From NCBI RefSeq assembly GCF_964194155.1, contig NC_135894.1:56172001-56236000 (forward strand): a stretch of 64,000 nt of DNA, given 5' to 3'. This document shows positions 36,628 to 50,780 of the stretch, piece after piece. Both the position numbers and the translations under genes were made by a program. This stretch comes from Cetorhinus maximus (lineage: Eukaryota). Position 1 is the stretch's first letter. Each line of letters begins with the position of its first letter. The notes beneath the pieces were generated by a model. The model searched no databases. It was not told the origin of the DNA and saw only the letters and a program-made list of their open reading frames with translations.

Positions 36628-36830
36628 CCAATAAGTGACTCCTTGTTCTTCTTCCTCCACCTCCACTTGTTCACCCATACTCTTTAACTTCTGCTGTCCT
36701 CCTGCTTTCTGTCTAAACCTTCCAAGGTCAATATCTCTGAGTTGGTTAGCGTGTCGGGCCAGTGTACTGATAGGACGAAAGGTGTACTTCTCTTGAGGTT
36801 GTTGGAAGACAGACCCAGGTGAACCATGCT
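36628..36830 (-). other. Possible isolated coding exon (unidentified)
   Basis: A TGTCCAG acceptor after a T-rich stretch, then 203 bp open in one frame (HGSPGSVFQQPQEKYTFRPISTLARHANQLRDIDLGRFRQKAGG..EEEEQGVTYW), then a GTATGA donor. No family recognised. Confidence 0.2.
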
Positions 36831-38259
36831 CTGGACACCAAAATAGATCCCATAAAAACACAAATGGAACAGTGTGATAAAAAGGATCTTAGGCTGGCAG
36901 ACTAACATGGCAAAGGGAAGAAAGTAACATGGTTCTTGTGTGAGGGTCCTTCTGATAGAATGTTATATTTCAGCGTTCAGAAGAGAACTTTGGGCTATTA
37001 ACCCCTTACTAGGACTTTCTCTCCTGTAACATCAAGGATTCATTGTCATTGGATGGAGATGGCCAGCTCCTCAAAGAGGGTGAGGTTCTATTTAGAGGAT
37101 TCCCACCTCCAGTCACAAAGCATATCCTACTCTTTTGATTTGAGGTTGTATGTGTTGAAAAAAAAATCCCTATGATGTGTTAGTCTTGTAAGGATTCATT
37201 GCTGGGCAGATAATCGGCTCAAATGAAACTGAAGTACATTAGGTGAATACATCACTTTACCCAAATTGAATAAAAAGTTATATTTGTTTATTCTTTGATT
37301 AAAAGAAGTGCACATTCTCTTCATTTATGGACAGATAATGTCATTGTTGCATTCTGAAAATGAATTTCCCAAACTGACTGACTGTTATGCATGTTTTTTC
37401 TCAATGGCTGAGGTGGCTGCTTTCTTTTGCCTCTTGTGCCTTTATGAAGCTTGTTGAGGTATCTTGTAATCTCACTCATGATACTAATTGCAGAACATAG
37501 AATGAGGCAGCTCATTGATAATGCTGTAAGTGGATCTGGAAAGCAAGTGAGGCGATGGGTTTCTATCTCTGCCTGACTCAAAGTATTTTTGATATGTGCT
37601 TTGGTGTAATGGGGCTTAGGTGAAACAGGAACCATAAATGTTGAGACCCTTGCGGTCCACATCTGTTCCATTTCAACACACCTGTACAAAAAAACTGCTT
37701 CACTTCACAAGTAGCTTTTGATTGTTTAAAATTAGACTGACTCTTCAATTGATGAGCATTCATATGTTACTTGCAAAATATTTTTAGAAGATGCATTCTA
37801 CAAACGATGATCTAGCATAATCCACTAATTGAGATGATTTTGTGTGCAAATTTTACATCATCTCTTTAGTATCTGATTGAAACATATGACAGCAATATAC
37901 TATTTACCATTTCACTTGAGATGTGATAAACTCAGTTTAGAACTAACTTCCTTTAATGACTATTCCAATTTAAGAGAAAGATACTTAACCATCGTGGCCA
38001 CTTTCTGTTTCTATCTGCATCACAAATTGTCTAGAGACTAATTTATTTTTTGATTTAGCCCTGAGAAATCGATCATGTCAAAATACATCTTAAATTCTTT
38101 CTCAGATCAATGTATATTATAGATGATATGCTACAATACGGATTGCATTTTGGGTCATCTTGACCAAGTTGCCTTTGGATCAAAAGATTTAAGCCTACTC
38201 AAGGGCACTATGCTAGCATTGTTTTATAATCCTTCACATGAAGTGTTAAAACTGAAACT

Positions 38260-39530
38260 GAGGAATGTTCATCTGGGTGCGGAGGTGCGTTTCGGTCTGC
38301 GAATGGCCACACTTAGTTTTTCTTTGGAGCCTGCGTCATTTTCCCCTGGCCTTTTTGTGGGTCAGAAATGCCTAATTTGCAAAAAACACACTCACCACCA
38401 CAGAGGTTGAGTGCACAGGGATTCTTAATGGGGGGCAAAAACCTGATTTCCTCCTGCACACTGTTTACACCTGATGGTGCAGGGTTTTGAAAGCCCATTA
38501 AAAGAACGCCAGGTTTGAGAGTTTGTGAAGAAAGTGGAAAGCTTGCTGAGGAGTCGGTAACATTCTGAAAGGTAGATGTAAAGTGTTTTCACACTTTCAA
38601 ATGTCACTATTAGGTGCTGTGTGGTAATATAGATGTATTTTAATGTGGTGATTCATCGTAGGGATCTGTCCTTTAAAGGTAAGTTGACCCTTACATTGAT
38701 CACCATTGTATAATTGTTCACATGAATTACAGTACTTGCCCAATAGAGCAAGCACCGTAGCGTAGTGAAAAATGTAACAATATGTACTTTGGTGGCATGT
38801 TTTTGTGCTTTCATTTAATTGGACTGCCAGATCTGGTTGTATTTTTTTTAATGCTTCAGAAGATAGAAAAAAATGTCCTGCGCCTGCTCCCCTTCCACTT
38901 ATTGTGGAACTGTGTACTTGATGTGATTTCTTGTTGGTTTACCAACCTAATAGGCACTTAAAGGATTACAAGTTTTTTTTTCAACCCCCTTTTGTTCTTT
39001 TTTTGTTCATGATAGCATGTATGCATCCAGGGTTTTCTTAAATTGTTAGAGGTTTAATGTTTTCCAAATAGTTTTAAAATAATTCCTCTTGCTATTGCAT
39101 GATTGCTGAGGAATGTACATAGTGCATACTGGACGAGTATGCGGCAAATACATGGGGGGCATAAAGGAGTCATGGGGTGGTATGGGTGATCTGAGCAGGC
39201 ATGGAGGATGCATGCGGGCACAGAGGGGGCATGGGTGATCTGAGGGGAAATGGGCTGGCAGGGGTGTGAGGAAGGTGAAGGGTGAGATTTTGCAGTCTTT
39301 GAACAAAGGGCTGCTGTGTTGGAGAACTGAGGCAGGTCTACTAATTGGCCTGTCTCTGCATCCACGCTTCTCACACACTCCAATGCGGCTCACAAACTGC
39401 ACTGCGAATCGAACTCCTGTGTGAAAAGACAAAAACGGTGTGTGAAGTCACACATGGGCCAGGTGTGCAGTTTGTCTACCATAAAATTGCGCAACTCCAG
39501 TCTTCTGGTCCCGGACAAAGATTCAACCCT
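38260..39530. mobile_element. Old non-autonomous Harbinger-like element (approximate)
   Basis: Right end AAAGATTCAACCC, subterminal inverted similarity (GGAGGTGCGTTTCG / CGAATCGAACTCC) and an internal GGGCATGG tract. Confidence 0.4.
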
Positions 39531-39559
39531 ACATCTGATTATCAGGTGGACATCCTGTT

Positions 39560-39750
39560 TGAAGAAAAATTGAGCCCTTCTGCCCTTGCTAACTTTACTT
39601 ACTCATTTATTGATTGTTTATTTCTTTGCTGTTTGTGGTATCTTAATATGTACAAAATGGTCACTGCCTACAAAACAACAGTCAGAGTATGTGAACCATT
39701 TTGAGACATTTCTAAGAGACTTGATGAAGGCTTTATAAAAGCATATCTTT
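39560..39750 (+). mobile_element. Deu-type SINE 3' fragment
   Basis: ACAAAATGGTCACTGCCTACAAAACAACAGT..CATTTTGAGACATTTCT..GGCTTTATAAAAGCA tail. Confidence 0.5.
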
Positions 39751-39759
39751 TTATCTTTA

Positions 39760-39960
39760 ATAAGATAGAAAATGCTGAAAGCATGCAGCAGGAGAGTCAG
39801 CATCTGTAAAGAGAAGAGTAATTAATGTTTCAAACTAACCAAGGGTCTATAGCTGAAACATGAATGCATTTGATATCTCCACAGATGCTAGCTGATGTGT
39901 GCAGTGTTACCAGCATTTTCTTGTGTCATTTTTAGGTTTCCAGTATCCACAGGTAGTTTT
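39760..39960. mobile_element. Old palindromic Penelope-derived element
   Basis: GAAAATGCTG..CAGCATCTGT / ACAGATGCT..CAGCATTTTC inverted arms, with a degenerate AAGGGTC..CTGAAAC core. Confidence 0.55.
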
Positions 39961-40932
39961 CTTTCCTTGTACAAACATATATTGAGGATCTTACAGTTCC
40001 ATACACTTAGATTTCAAGATTATGATTCTGCTTGGGCCAGGCAAGAAGGGTAAGTTTGGAGTTCACTGAAGCTCCTTTTGGATATTTAAAAGGTGAAGAG
40101 GGTGGCAAGGACCTCCTTACTTAACTGATGGTTAATCTATTTTTTAAAATATTGATGCGACTTGACCAGCCTCCTCTTCACTGCTGTAATTATAAACACA
40201 AAATGTATTTTTGCATTTGAAAGTATTCCTGAGCAGCCCAGCGATGCAGCAATGTGGCTGGCTAGATTGCACCCTTATGTCTGAAATGCTCTTCCATTCT
40301 TTCTACACAATCTCCTGAACACTGCTTCCCTAAATTGCAATGGTAATGAGTCATTGTGCCGTTAGGGAAATAATTTTAGGTTAAACTGTAATTCTGGTGT
40401 TCACAATTATAGCGGCACCTTCAAAAGAGAAGTTAAAATGGTTATGTTGGATGTGATGGGATCTTCAAGAAATATGGTCAGCCATGTGAGCAGTAACAAA
40501 ACTTTGGCTATGCATAGAAATATTCAGTGGTGTTTACTCATACATGATGAGCAACATTCCCATAAAACCATACAGTAATGCTGTCATTAACCCTTTAGGT
40601 TCCCCTTTGAACCAACAACATACTGATGTCTGCAGATAAACCTTCTCACACACTATCATTGCCTACAGCATTATACCCCATTGTCCTCTCTCAGTTACTG
40701 TTGATAGGCAGCAATGACCTCATCTTTCCTCTGTTCGCTGAGCAGAGATGGGCAGCGATGGTGCTGATTGATTATTTCTAATAATTAGAGTTGACCTTCC
40801 TAGGTGGTCTTTATACTTTCGCATCAAATAACTTGCCACTGTCCTGGTACTATTTTAATCTGGTCTAATAGACATTAAAACCTTTTACTGGGCATATATA
40901 TGATATATATGATATATGCAAACTGATAGTCG

Positions 40933-41200
40933 AGAAACATAGGAAATGGAGTAGATCATTTAGACACTTGAATCTGTTCCACCATTGTATTAGGTCTTGG
41001 TGACCTGTACCTCAACTCCAATTACCCAACTTTCTCCCTATCCCTTGATGCCTTAACCTAAAAAAACATGTCAATCACTGCCATGAAAATTCCAATCGAT
41101 CCAGGGACGGAGGAGGGGTGAGTTTCTGATTTCCACTGCTCTTTGCATGAAAAAGTGCTTCCTTATTTCATGTCTACTGGCCTAACTCTAGTGTTAAGGA
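40933..41200 (-). mobile_element. Old CR1 3' fragment
   Basis: GAAACATAGGAAATGGAGTAGATCATTTAG.. CR1-type 3' UTR. Confidence 0.65.
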
Positions 41201-41392
41201 AAGTAAAGTCTTTTGAGCATGAATTCCATTACTTAATCATACTCAAAGGAAAAAGCCGGGCAACTAATCACTCCCACCGTTGTTCAAGTGATTAAGTAGG
41301 TTTCCATACTCACTGTCTCTGCTCACAATAGAAAAGTGGCCAGATGGGCTGCAATCACCTGCTCAAATCATTTAACCCAGAATAAGTTACTT

Positions 41393-44300
41393 CACAGAAT
41401 CACAGAATGTTATGGCACAGAAGGAGGCCATTTGGCCCATCGTGTCTGCACCGGCTCTCCAAATGAGCATTATGACTTTGTGCCATTCTCCTGCCTATTC
41501 CCCGTATCTTTGAACATTGTTTTTATTCAAATAATCATCCAATGGCCTCTTGAATGCCCCGATTGAACCTGCCTTCACCACATTTCCAGGCAGAGCATTC
41601 TAGACCCGAACCACTCGCTGCGAGAAAAAGTTTTTTTTCTCACATCACGTTTGATTCTTTTGCAAATCACTTTAAAAATGTGCCCTCTCTTTCTTGATCC
41701 TTTTATGAGTGGAACAGTTTCTCCCTATCTACTCTATCCAGCCCCTGATGATTTTGAACATCTCTACCAAATCGCCCCTTAGCCTTCTCCTATCCAAGGA
41801 GAACACTCCCTACCTCTCCAATCTATCTTCATAACTCAAGTTTCCCATCCCTGGAACCATTCTTGTAAACCTCTTCTGCATTCTCTCCAATGTGATCACA
41901 TCCTCCCTATAGTGTGGCGCCCAGAACTGTACACAATACTCCAGCTGAGGTCTAACTAGTGTCTTGTAAGCTCAGCATAATCTCCCTGCTCTTGTACTCT
42001 ATACCCCTATTAATAAAGCCCAGGATACTACATGCTTTATTAACTGCTCTCTCTACCTGCCCTGCCACTTTCAATGACCTATGCACATATACACCCAGGC
42101 CCCTCTGCTGCTGCACCCACTTAAGAATTGTACCCCTTATTTTATATTGTCCCTCCATGTTCTTACTACCAAAATGCATCACCTCACATTTCTCTGCATT
42201 GAACTTCATCTGCCACCTATCTGCCCACTCCACCAAATTGCCTATGTCTTTGTTAATGCCTATACTGTCGTCCTCACAGTTTACAATACTTCTAAGTGTT
42301 GTATCATCCGCAGACTTTGAAGTTGTCCTCTGCACACCAAGATCTAGATCATTAATATATATCAGGAAAAACAAGGGACCTAAGACTGACCCCTGGGGAA
42401 CACCACTACAAACCATCCTCCAGTCCAAAAATGTCCATTAACCATTACCCTCTGTTTCCTATTACTTGGCCAATTTTGTTTCCAGGTTGCAATTGTCCCT
42501 TTTAGTCCGTGAACTACAGCTTTTCTCACAAGTTTGTTGTGTGGCACTGTATCAATTGTCTTTTGAAAGTCCATGTACACCATAATAACAACATTACCCT
42601 CATCAACCCTCTCTGTTACCTCTTCAAAAAACTCAGCAAGTTCATTAAACACTATTTCCCTTCAGAAATCCATGTTGGGTCTTTCTAATCAACCCACATT
42701 TTTCCATGTGACTATTAATTCTATCCCGAATACTTGTTCCAAGAAGCTTCCCCACCACTGAAGTTAAGCTGACTGGTCTGTAATTATTGGACATATCCTT
42801 ACAACCTTTTTTGAACAAGGGCGTAATGTTTGCAATTCTCCAGTCCTCTGGCACCTCCCTTGAGTTTAGGGAAGACTGAAAGGCTATGGCCAGTGTTACT
42901 GCAATTTCCTCTCTTACTTCCTTCAATATCCTTGGATGCATCTCATCTGGTCCCGGTGCCTTTTCAACTTCAAGTACTGACAGTTTATCCAAAACTTCCT
43001 CCTTATCAATTTTGAACCCTTCCGGTGACAAGAGTTTCCTTCTCTATCACCGTGGTCTCAGTAGCATCTGCTTCCTTGTAAAGACAGATGCAAAGTATTC
43101 ATTTAACATCTCAGCCATGCCCCCTGCCTCAATGTGTAAATCCCCTTTTCCGTCCCTAATCAGCCCTAGTCCTCCTTTTACTACCCTCTTACTATTTGTC
43201 TGCCAATAGAAGGGATTCCCTTTATGTTGGCTGCCAGTCTTTTCTCATAACCAGTCTTTGCTTCTCTTATTTGCTTTTTCACCTTCCCTCTGAACATTCT
43301 GTATTCCATTTGTTCTCAATTATATTTTCTGCCTGACATCTGTCATAAGCACACTTTTTCTTCTTTATCTTAATTTCTAACTCAATTTTCATCCAGGAAG
43401 CCCTGGAATCGTTTGCCCTACCTTTCCCTTTTGAGGGAATATACCTTGACTGTGTCCAAACCACTTCTTCTTTGAAGGTAGCCCATTGTTCAGCTGCAGT
43501 TTCTCCTGCCAATCTTTTGTTCCAGTCTATCCAGCCCAGCTCCGTTCTTGCCCAATGAAATCAGTTCTCCCCCAGTTAATTATTCTTACTCTGGATTGCA
43601 CATTGTCCTTTTCTACTGTAATCCTATACCTTACGATACAGTGATCACTGTCTTCGAAATGTTCCCCCACTGACACTTGATCTACTTGGCTCACCAGATT
43701 TCCAAGAGCCAGGTCCAACAATGTATCCTTTCTTGTTGGACTGGATACATAACTGCTGTAGAAAATTCTCTTGAACACAATCTAGGAACTCTTGACCCTC
43801 TCTGCCCTTTACAATACCACTGTCCCATTCAGGTAATTAAAGTCCTTCATTGTAACTACCCTATAATGTCTGCATCTCTCTGTAATTTCTGTGCAGATTT
43901 GTTCCTCTACATCCTTCCCACTAATTAGCAGTCTATAGACTACACCAAGCAATGTAATTGAACCCTTTTTGTTCCTTAGCTCTAGCCAAATTGATTCTGC
44001 CCTTGATCCCTCTGGGACATCCTCTTTCTCCAGCACTACAATGCTCTCCTTAACCAATACTGCCACCCCTCCTCCTTTTCTTCCTTTCCTATATTTTCTG
44101 AACATCTTGTATCCAGGAATATTTAACACCCAGTCCTGCCCTACTTTGAGCCAAGTCTCTGTTATCACCACAACATCATATTTCCACATGGCAATCTGTG
44201 CTTGTAACTCCCCAATCTTATTTTCTATACTCTGTGCATTCATATGCATGCACAGTAACCCTGATTTAGACTTCATGATTTTTTTTTCCTTACTCCGGCT

Positions 44301-45370
44301 CCACCTATTAACTTAATATTCTCTATACTAATGCTATCTGTCTCTCCCAGTACTTTGTGCACCCTGGTATTCCTCTCTAATATTCTCTCCTGGTTCCTAC
44401 ACCCTTGCCGAGTTAGTTTAAAGCCCTCCCAACAGCACTAGCAAAACGCCCCGCAAGGAACTCAGTCCCACTCTATTCAGGTACAACCTGCCCAGCTTGG
44501 TTTTTTTATTCATTCATGGGATGTGGGTGTGGCTAGGCCAGCATTTATTGCCCATCCCAATTGCCCTTGTTCAGAGGACATGTAAGAGTCAACCACATTG
44601 CTGTGGGTCTGGAGTTATATGTAGGCCACACCAGGTAAGAACAGCAGATTTCCTTCCCTAAAGGACATTAGTGAACCAGATGGATTTTTACGACATTCGG
44701 CAATGGTTTCATGGTCATCATCAGACTTTAACTCCGAATTTTTGTTGGATTCAAATTTCACCATCAGCCATGGTGGGATTCGACCCTGGGACCCCAGAGA
44801 ATTATCCTGGGTCTCTGTAATATTAGTCCGGTGACAATACTACTATGCCCCCAGGTACAGGTGCCATCTTCCCCTGAGCCAGTCCCAGTGTCCCTTTAAC
44901 CTAAAGTCTTCTCTCCTGTACCATCTTTCCAGCCACACATTCATCTGCCTTATCCTCCTACTTCTGTATTCACTTGCATGTGGCACTGGGAGTAATCCAG
45001 AGATCATTATATTTTGAGGTCCTGCTTGCTAATTTTCGACCTAGCTCCCTTCTGATTGCAGGACCACATCCCCCTTCCTATCTAAGTCATTGTGGAAAAC
45101 AACTGCTGGCTGATCACCCTCCCCCAGAAGAATGTCCTGCAGCCGCATGGTGACATCGTTGACCCTGGCACTAGGAAGGCAACATGGCATCCTTGAGTCA
45201 CGCCTACGGCTGCAGAAATGCCTGTCTGTTCCCCTAACTAATGAATCCCCTATCACTATTGCTTGTCCTTTCTTCTTCTTCCCCTCCTGCATAGCCAAGC
45301 TGCTGTGACTGCACTCCTCTGAGGAACCAGCGCCCTTACCACCTTCCAAAATGGAAACCCGGTTTGTGAG
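41393..45370 (-). mobile_element. Near full-length CR1 LINE (third subfamily), interrupted by a SINE
   Basis: Esterase IVIGDSLVRG..CLPSARV, APE MNAQS..TETWL..SDH, RT PGPD, QHGF, VPQGSVLGP and SADD. The tail is (ATTCTGTG)n. Confidence 0.93.
44500..44852 (-). mobile_element. Full-length tRNA-derived SINE
   Basis: The head has a GGGTCGAATCCCACC B-box-like motif. The body is AAAAATCCATCTGGTTCACTAATGTCCTTTAGGGAAGGAAATCTGC. The LINE-derived tail is ATGAATGAATAAAAAAA. Confidence 0.88.
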
Positions 45371-48300
45371 CCAAAAGAGAAAGAGTAAAGAAAGCAAAAT
45401 ATTAAGAGGGAATGACATGACGGGGCAAATGATTTCCTTTTCTTTAATTTTCTATCAGTTGTGAAGCACTAAAAAGAGGTGCCAAGTCTTCTTCACAACC
45501 ATGTTACCACTTTATATAATGATTTGCACAGATTTTTAACCTCCGTTTTCCCTCTTATTTTCTTAAAAAATATTCCTTTTGATAAATAACTGCAGTGAGC
45601 AAAGTAAATGTAGATGGAAAGCCACTGGCTGGGAAGAAGGAAGCAGCAATGGTTGGAATAGAGGTGGCTCACTTCTATTTTCTTCCTCAGTAAAATTTTC
45701 TGGAATATTAAGAGTATTTTGTTTAAGAATTGAATTCAAATATAAGTTTGCCAACACTTGCCTTCTTTATTGCATGTACGACGGTTTAGTAGGAAACCAT
45801 CAGTAAAGAATGTGCCCATTATAATTATGTTATGTAATTAAATATTATTTTTTGGTCATTTGAAAAAAAAGCAAAACACTTTTCAGTATCGGTTGCACCA
45901 ACACAATTAATCAAAAAGAGTGGGGTGGTGGGGAGGGGGTCCAGTTTTAGCTCAGGCTATGTTACAAATATCGCATTCTCAATTTGCCCACCAAATAATC
46001 CTCATTTATAGGTCGCGTAAATAAAATTCAGAAACTGTTCTGATTTTTATTAAACCATTAGGGTGGTAATTTCCACCTCCGCTCTCCCCTGACATTCTTG
46101 TAAAGAAATTTACTTTATGATTCACTATATGGAATAGTCTGACTTATTCTGCGAAAGTCTGGCTAATGAAGTTGAACAATCTGCATTCACCTAAAGAGCA
46201 CCATTAGTCACATTGTGATTTCTCTTGCCTGTCCAACTTTGTTCAAATTGTTATAAAATGAACAAGCGGAGGACTGTAGGTGAGTGCAACCAACATATTT
46301 GGAAGTGCTGTTTCTTGGTATATGCCCCACTGATGACCTTCTGTGAATTGATTCATGACAAGCCATCTGCTTCTGTATATATGCTGAGTGCATTTAGAAA
46401 CTATGAAGCAGTGGAGTGGAACAGCTGAGTGCCACTTGTGAATGACTAAATCAGATCCTAGTTCATAAATAAACAATGAGTTTTACGTCAAACTGTTTGG
46501 AGACCGCTCATAGATGAGGCTGATAATAATGCATACTTTTTGAAAGCAATTTCATATTGGCTTTGTTGTTTAGATTATTACCACAAATATACCTTTAAAT
46601 TAAAACAATATATCCCTGTACAACATTGGCACATATGAAAAATAAAAGCAGACATTAAAAATGTTTCCATCTTATGGAAATAAGTTACTCAAGCACATTA
46701 TGATGATTTAAATTAATGGCAGGAAAACAGAGAGGGAGAATAGTGCCAGCATAATACTGGAATGGCATATTTTTGCTATAAGTAGTATAATTTTCTGAAA
46801 CAAGAAGGATATTTGTACAAGGTGTAGTCTCTAAGAATGATGAGGTATGCTTGAGGAGAAATTTTGTGCCCCCAATTATAATGGTAACAGCATTTCACTT
46901 AATTTTACTTTGAGACAATATCATCAAAGTTCTTTTTTTAAAACTGGCAAACTTACTTTGCAAATGATGAAAACACTGTCACTTGTAAATTTAACAACTG
47001 ACTCAGAAATAATGGAGTAAGGGAAAACAGTTCAGGACATAAAACTGGAAAGCTCCAAGCACATTTTCCCATTACTTTGTATAGTTTCCTCATCAGGTGT
47101 TTTTTTTTTGTGAGAGCTAGTCACAAACTTAATCGGCATCATCTGACAAAGTTATTACAATATTCAGGGCACATTGTTGCAAGGTTCACACACAACGTTT
47201 TATTTTCTTAACCAGGGACTATCTGTTTGATGATAGCCCAATACTAAGAATTAACAAACGATTATCACAAAACAATAATTAAGGGGAAATTGACAAAATA
47301 TAAATTATTGCTATATAAAAGTAAAATGTGTCATTTCACTTTTAAACTTAAGAAAGCTATCTTTGCCCTTGTATTTGACACCCAAGAAATTGATCCCCGA
47401 AATAATCCAAAATATAAAAAAATCAATTGTTAAAAAATCCTTTTTGAAAAGCATATGTTTTCTTTCAATCAAGATGCATTTAAAAAAAATAATCTTGGTA
47501 ACAATCCAATAGTAGCTCCTTTTACTACGCACATTAATCCTCAGCTAAACGGCAGGCAACCTGTCCCGTGGTCCAGTTCAGTACCATGCAGTCACCACCA
47601 GGAGGTGCACAAATGTGACTTGGGGTGGCTCAGTTAATTTCCCAATTTGCAAAAAAATTTACCTAGCCTCCATTTCTGAAGACACTTGGAATCAAAAGTT
47701 TCCTTTCATACCCTAGTGGTCCACAATATAATTTGTTAGCCGAGCCTTTACGTGTTTGGTTTTAATATGATTCTATACACTCAACTTTACTTTGAGAAAG
47801 CATACCTTTTTATTTGAAAAGTGGAGCATTGTTGGAAACTTCTTGTTGAACAAGCAGTGATTTACATACATGTTTGAGTGCAACTTAATTACAGAATGAA
47901 GGCTTAAAAATGCTTTGGCTTCAATGGGTGACTTTGTGGATTACATCCTGAGGAAATCAAAGTAGATCCCATTATAGAGCAGATTGTGCAGGTTCAGTGA
48001 AGAGAATAGGTGTGATGGATTATATGGCCTTATCTTGCCCTCTCTTCCATTCATTAAAGACATTTCATATCACACCATATCATCGTAAACTATTCTCCTT
48101 ACCTAATAGATATTATATTTAAGAATTGATGGCTCTGGATGAAAACAAATATCAGATGGTGTCACTAAAAAACAGCCTGCAATTTGACATCAATATGCTT
48201 TGCCCTAAATATTAATATTTACAATTAATGTAATTTTAGGTACTTATCTAACATGAAGTAAACAAAATACATATTTAAAACTCCTTTATAATGGCTGTCC

Positions 48301-49221
48301 AGAACTCCACTGCATCAGGCTAGCTGAAATGTAGGCTAGTGATTTTTCTCCACTATTCCTTATAATGTAGCTTCCAAGAATAAGTTGTTAGAATTGACCA
48401 AAGTAGAGAATAGATAAACTGCAATTTGGGGTTTAATTGAAGGGGAGGGAAAGCCTGTGGAGTACCATGGGAACAGATTTTATCGTGTAAGATCGGGGTG
48501 CATGGTTCAATTTTATTTAATCACTTTTTGCAAGTTGACTCCTGGACTACAGGAAATGAAGAGAAGTACTCTGCGAACATGAAGATGCCCATCCTTACAT
48601 GATGGGACACTGTAATACTCATTGCTTTTGCACTTATGCAGAGACTAGATAAACTAATCTTTTTCTCCAGGGCTAATTTTTTAATTAATAGAAACAAATA
48701 AACATATTGGGATAAAATTATTTTCATTTCTAATGCGATGTCAGCATTACCAGCATGCTTTGAGGCTGACATAAGAGAAGTGCAAATATCACTCCCTATT
48801 CTTTATAGAAAATTCAAGTAATACTCTTAATTATGGTTTGAACACAGATTTTCTGAAGTTAAAGGATAATAAAATGATTCATAGCAGCAAAGAAGTTATT
48901 TATGGATTCAATACTGCAAAGAGAAGAGAAATTGGTTGGAAGGATAGAAATGAAATCTGATGGTTTTTGTTCAGCATCCTGTACAGCCACAATACAAAAT
49001 AGGTGGGTGAAACAAAGACTGGATTTGGCATTGCAATGATGGACCAAATGGCATCCTTCAGTGAAGCTATAATTCTGGAATTCCACATAATGTCTATCAA
49101 AAAACTTTGAATTTGAACCAACACAAGCAGCCAAGATCTGTCAATCCTGACACAAACAGCAGCTCTTGCAACAATTCAAATTGCTGTCCTTTGTGTGTAT
49201 GACCTGCTAAATGGATTGACT

Positions 49222-49422
49222 GAAATAAAAACAAAAAGTCCTGGAAATACTCAGCAGGTCAGGCAGCATCTCTGCCGAGAAATGTTAGCATTTCAAATCT
49301 ATGATCTTTCATCAATATGATCATGTGGTATGATATCTTTCTTACTCCATGCACACTGCCTGATCTATTAAGTATTTTCTGTTTTTGTTTCAGATTTCCA
49401 GCATCTGTAATACTTTGCTGTT
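49222..49422. mobile_element. Palindromic Penelope-derived element
   Basis: CTGGAAATACTCAGCAGGTCAGGCAGCATC ... TTTTTGTTTCAGATTTCCAGCATCTG. Confidence 0.65.
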
Positions 49423-50420
49423 GGACTGATGGAATTTGGCAAATGTGTGTTTAAGTAACCTTTTGTGATTTTTGGTCTATAACGTTGTTACATTGTTTTC
49501 TTTACATTTTAGTGCCTTGAGAAAGGTTCCGATATAATCCAACAGCTACAAAGCTTTGACCTGTGTGAGCTCACGTTGTTAATGAACAAAAATTTACTTT
49601 TACAATCTGAAATGTTTTGTTGACCTTGCAAATTCTTCTTTTGATTTCCCCCCTTTATCCTTTATGTCTCTGGGATAGAGTTCCAGAAGTGCTGGCATCT
49701 CTCTGGTTCCTGTTTAGATGACTTCTTTATATATGAATGCGAACAGTGAACTTCAGTGAACAAGTTGAGCAGAAAAGCCACCATTGCCAACACCACAACT
49801 GCTCTTACCCACTGTCAACACATGCACACTTAAAAATCGAATCACTGAAAAGTGATCAGCAGAGGGAAGGCAGGCTGATTTCTTTGTTTACAAAAGCAAA
49901 ACATTACTTATATAGATCTTTGAAAAAAAGTAGTTTTAACCCAGGAAATACATTCTTGCAGTGCCTGTGCTGCATCTTGCCAGACCATATATTTCCTGGC
50001 ATTCTTAAGGAGTGCTGGCATGCCGACATGACAGGTTGACAGAAGTCCATTTAAATTAGAGTTTTCACTATCCATTAGCATGATGGCTCAAGATATGGTG
50101 TGTTGATCCATGCCAACACCAAGTGCTCTGCCATGCACGCTGTCATGGGGTCTGCCACCAGGCTGTCTAATCTATCTTATAAGAATAGTACATTGAAAAT
50201 ACTGGGATGCTGCCCAGTTCCTGTCAGTTGCCTTTACATAGTACTGATATTACAAACATTTACAAAAGTTTCACTTGATAAGTTCTTGGTAAATTAATGA
50301 TAGTCTTTTTCTTAAGTTTGATTGATGAGCGTTAGCCTGACAGCTTGGCAAGAAATAAAGGTATTTCCTTTTGAGACTTCTTTCACACTGCGGTTGAGAA
50401 ACTGCAGCAAGTCATGTTAT

Positions 50421-50534
50421 AACAAAAACAAAAATACCTGGAAAAACTCAGCAGGTCTGCCAGACCTGCTGAGTTTTTCCAGGTAATTTTCTTTTTGTTT
50501 TGGATTTCTAGCATCCGCAGTTTTTTGCTTTTAT
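50421..50534. mobile_element. Penelope-like inverted terminal fragment (perfect palindrome)
   Basis: TACCTGGAAAAACTCAGCAGGTCTG-C-CAGACCTGCTGAGTTTTTCCAGGTA; same sequence as about 55600-55650. Confidence 0.8.
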
Positions 50535-50780
50535 CGTGTTATTGATATACTGACAAGAAATATGTATTGACATGCTAACATTCTGAAGAAATGTCATCAC
50601 CAACAAAAATACTTTCTGTTCTGAGGCACTGCAAGGTGCAAGTGGCAGAGGACGATAAATTGAACATCTGGCACTCTTTGCATCAGGTGACTGCTATGAA
50701 TGCAAAGTTTTATGAGATGATTATGTGTTGGGCTACCTTTTTAATTCAAGATAACATGGAGTAATGAAGAGGATCATGTA

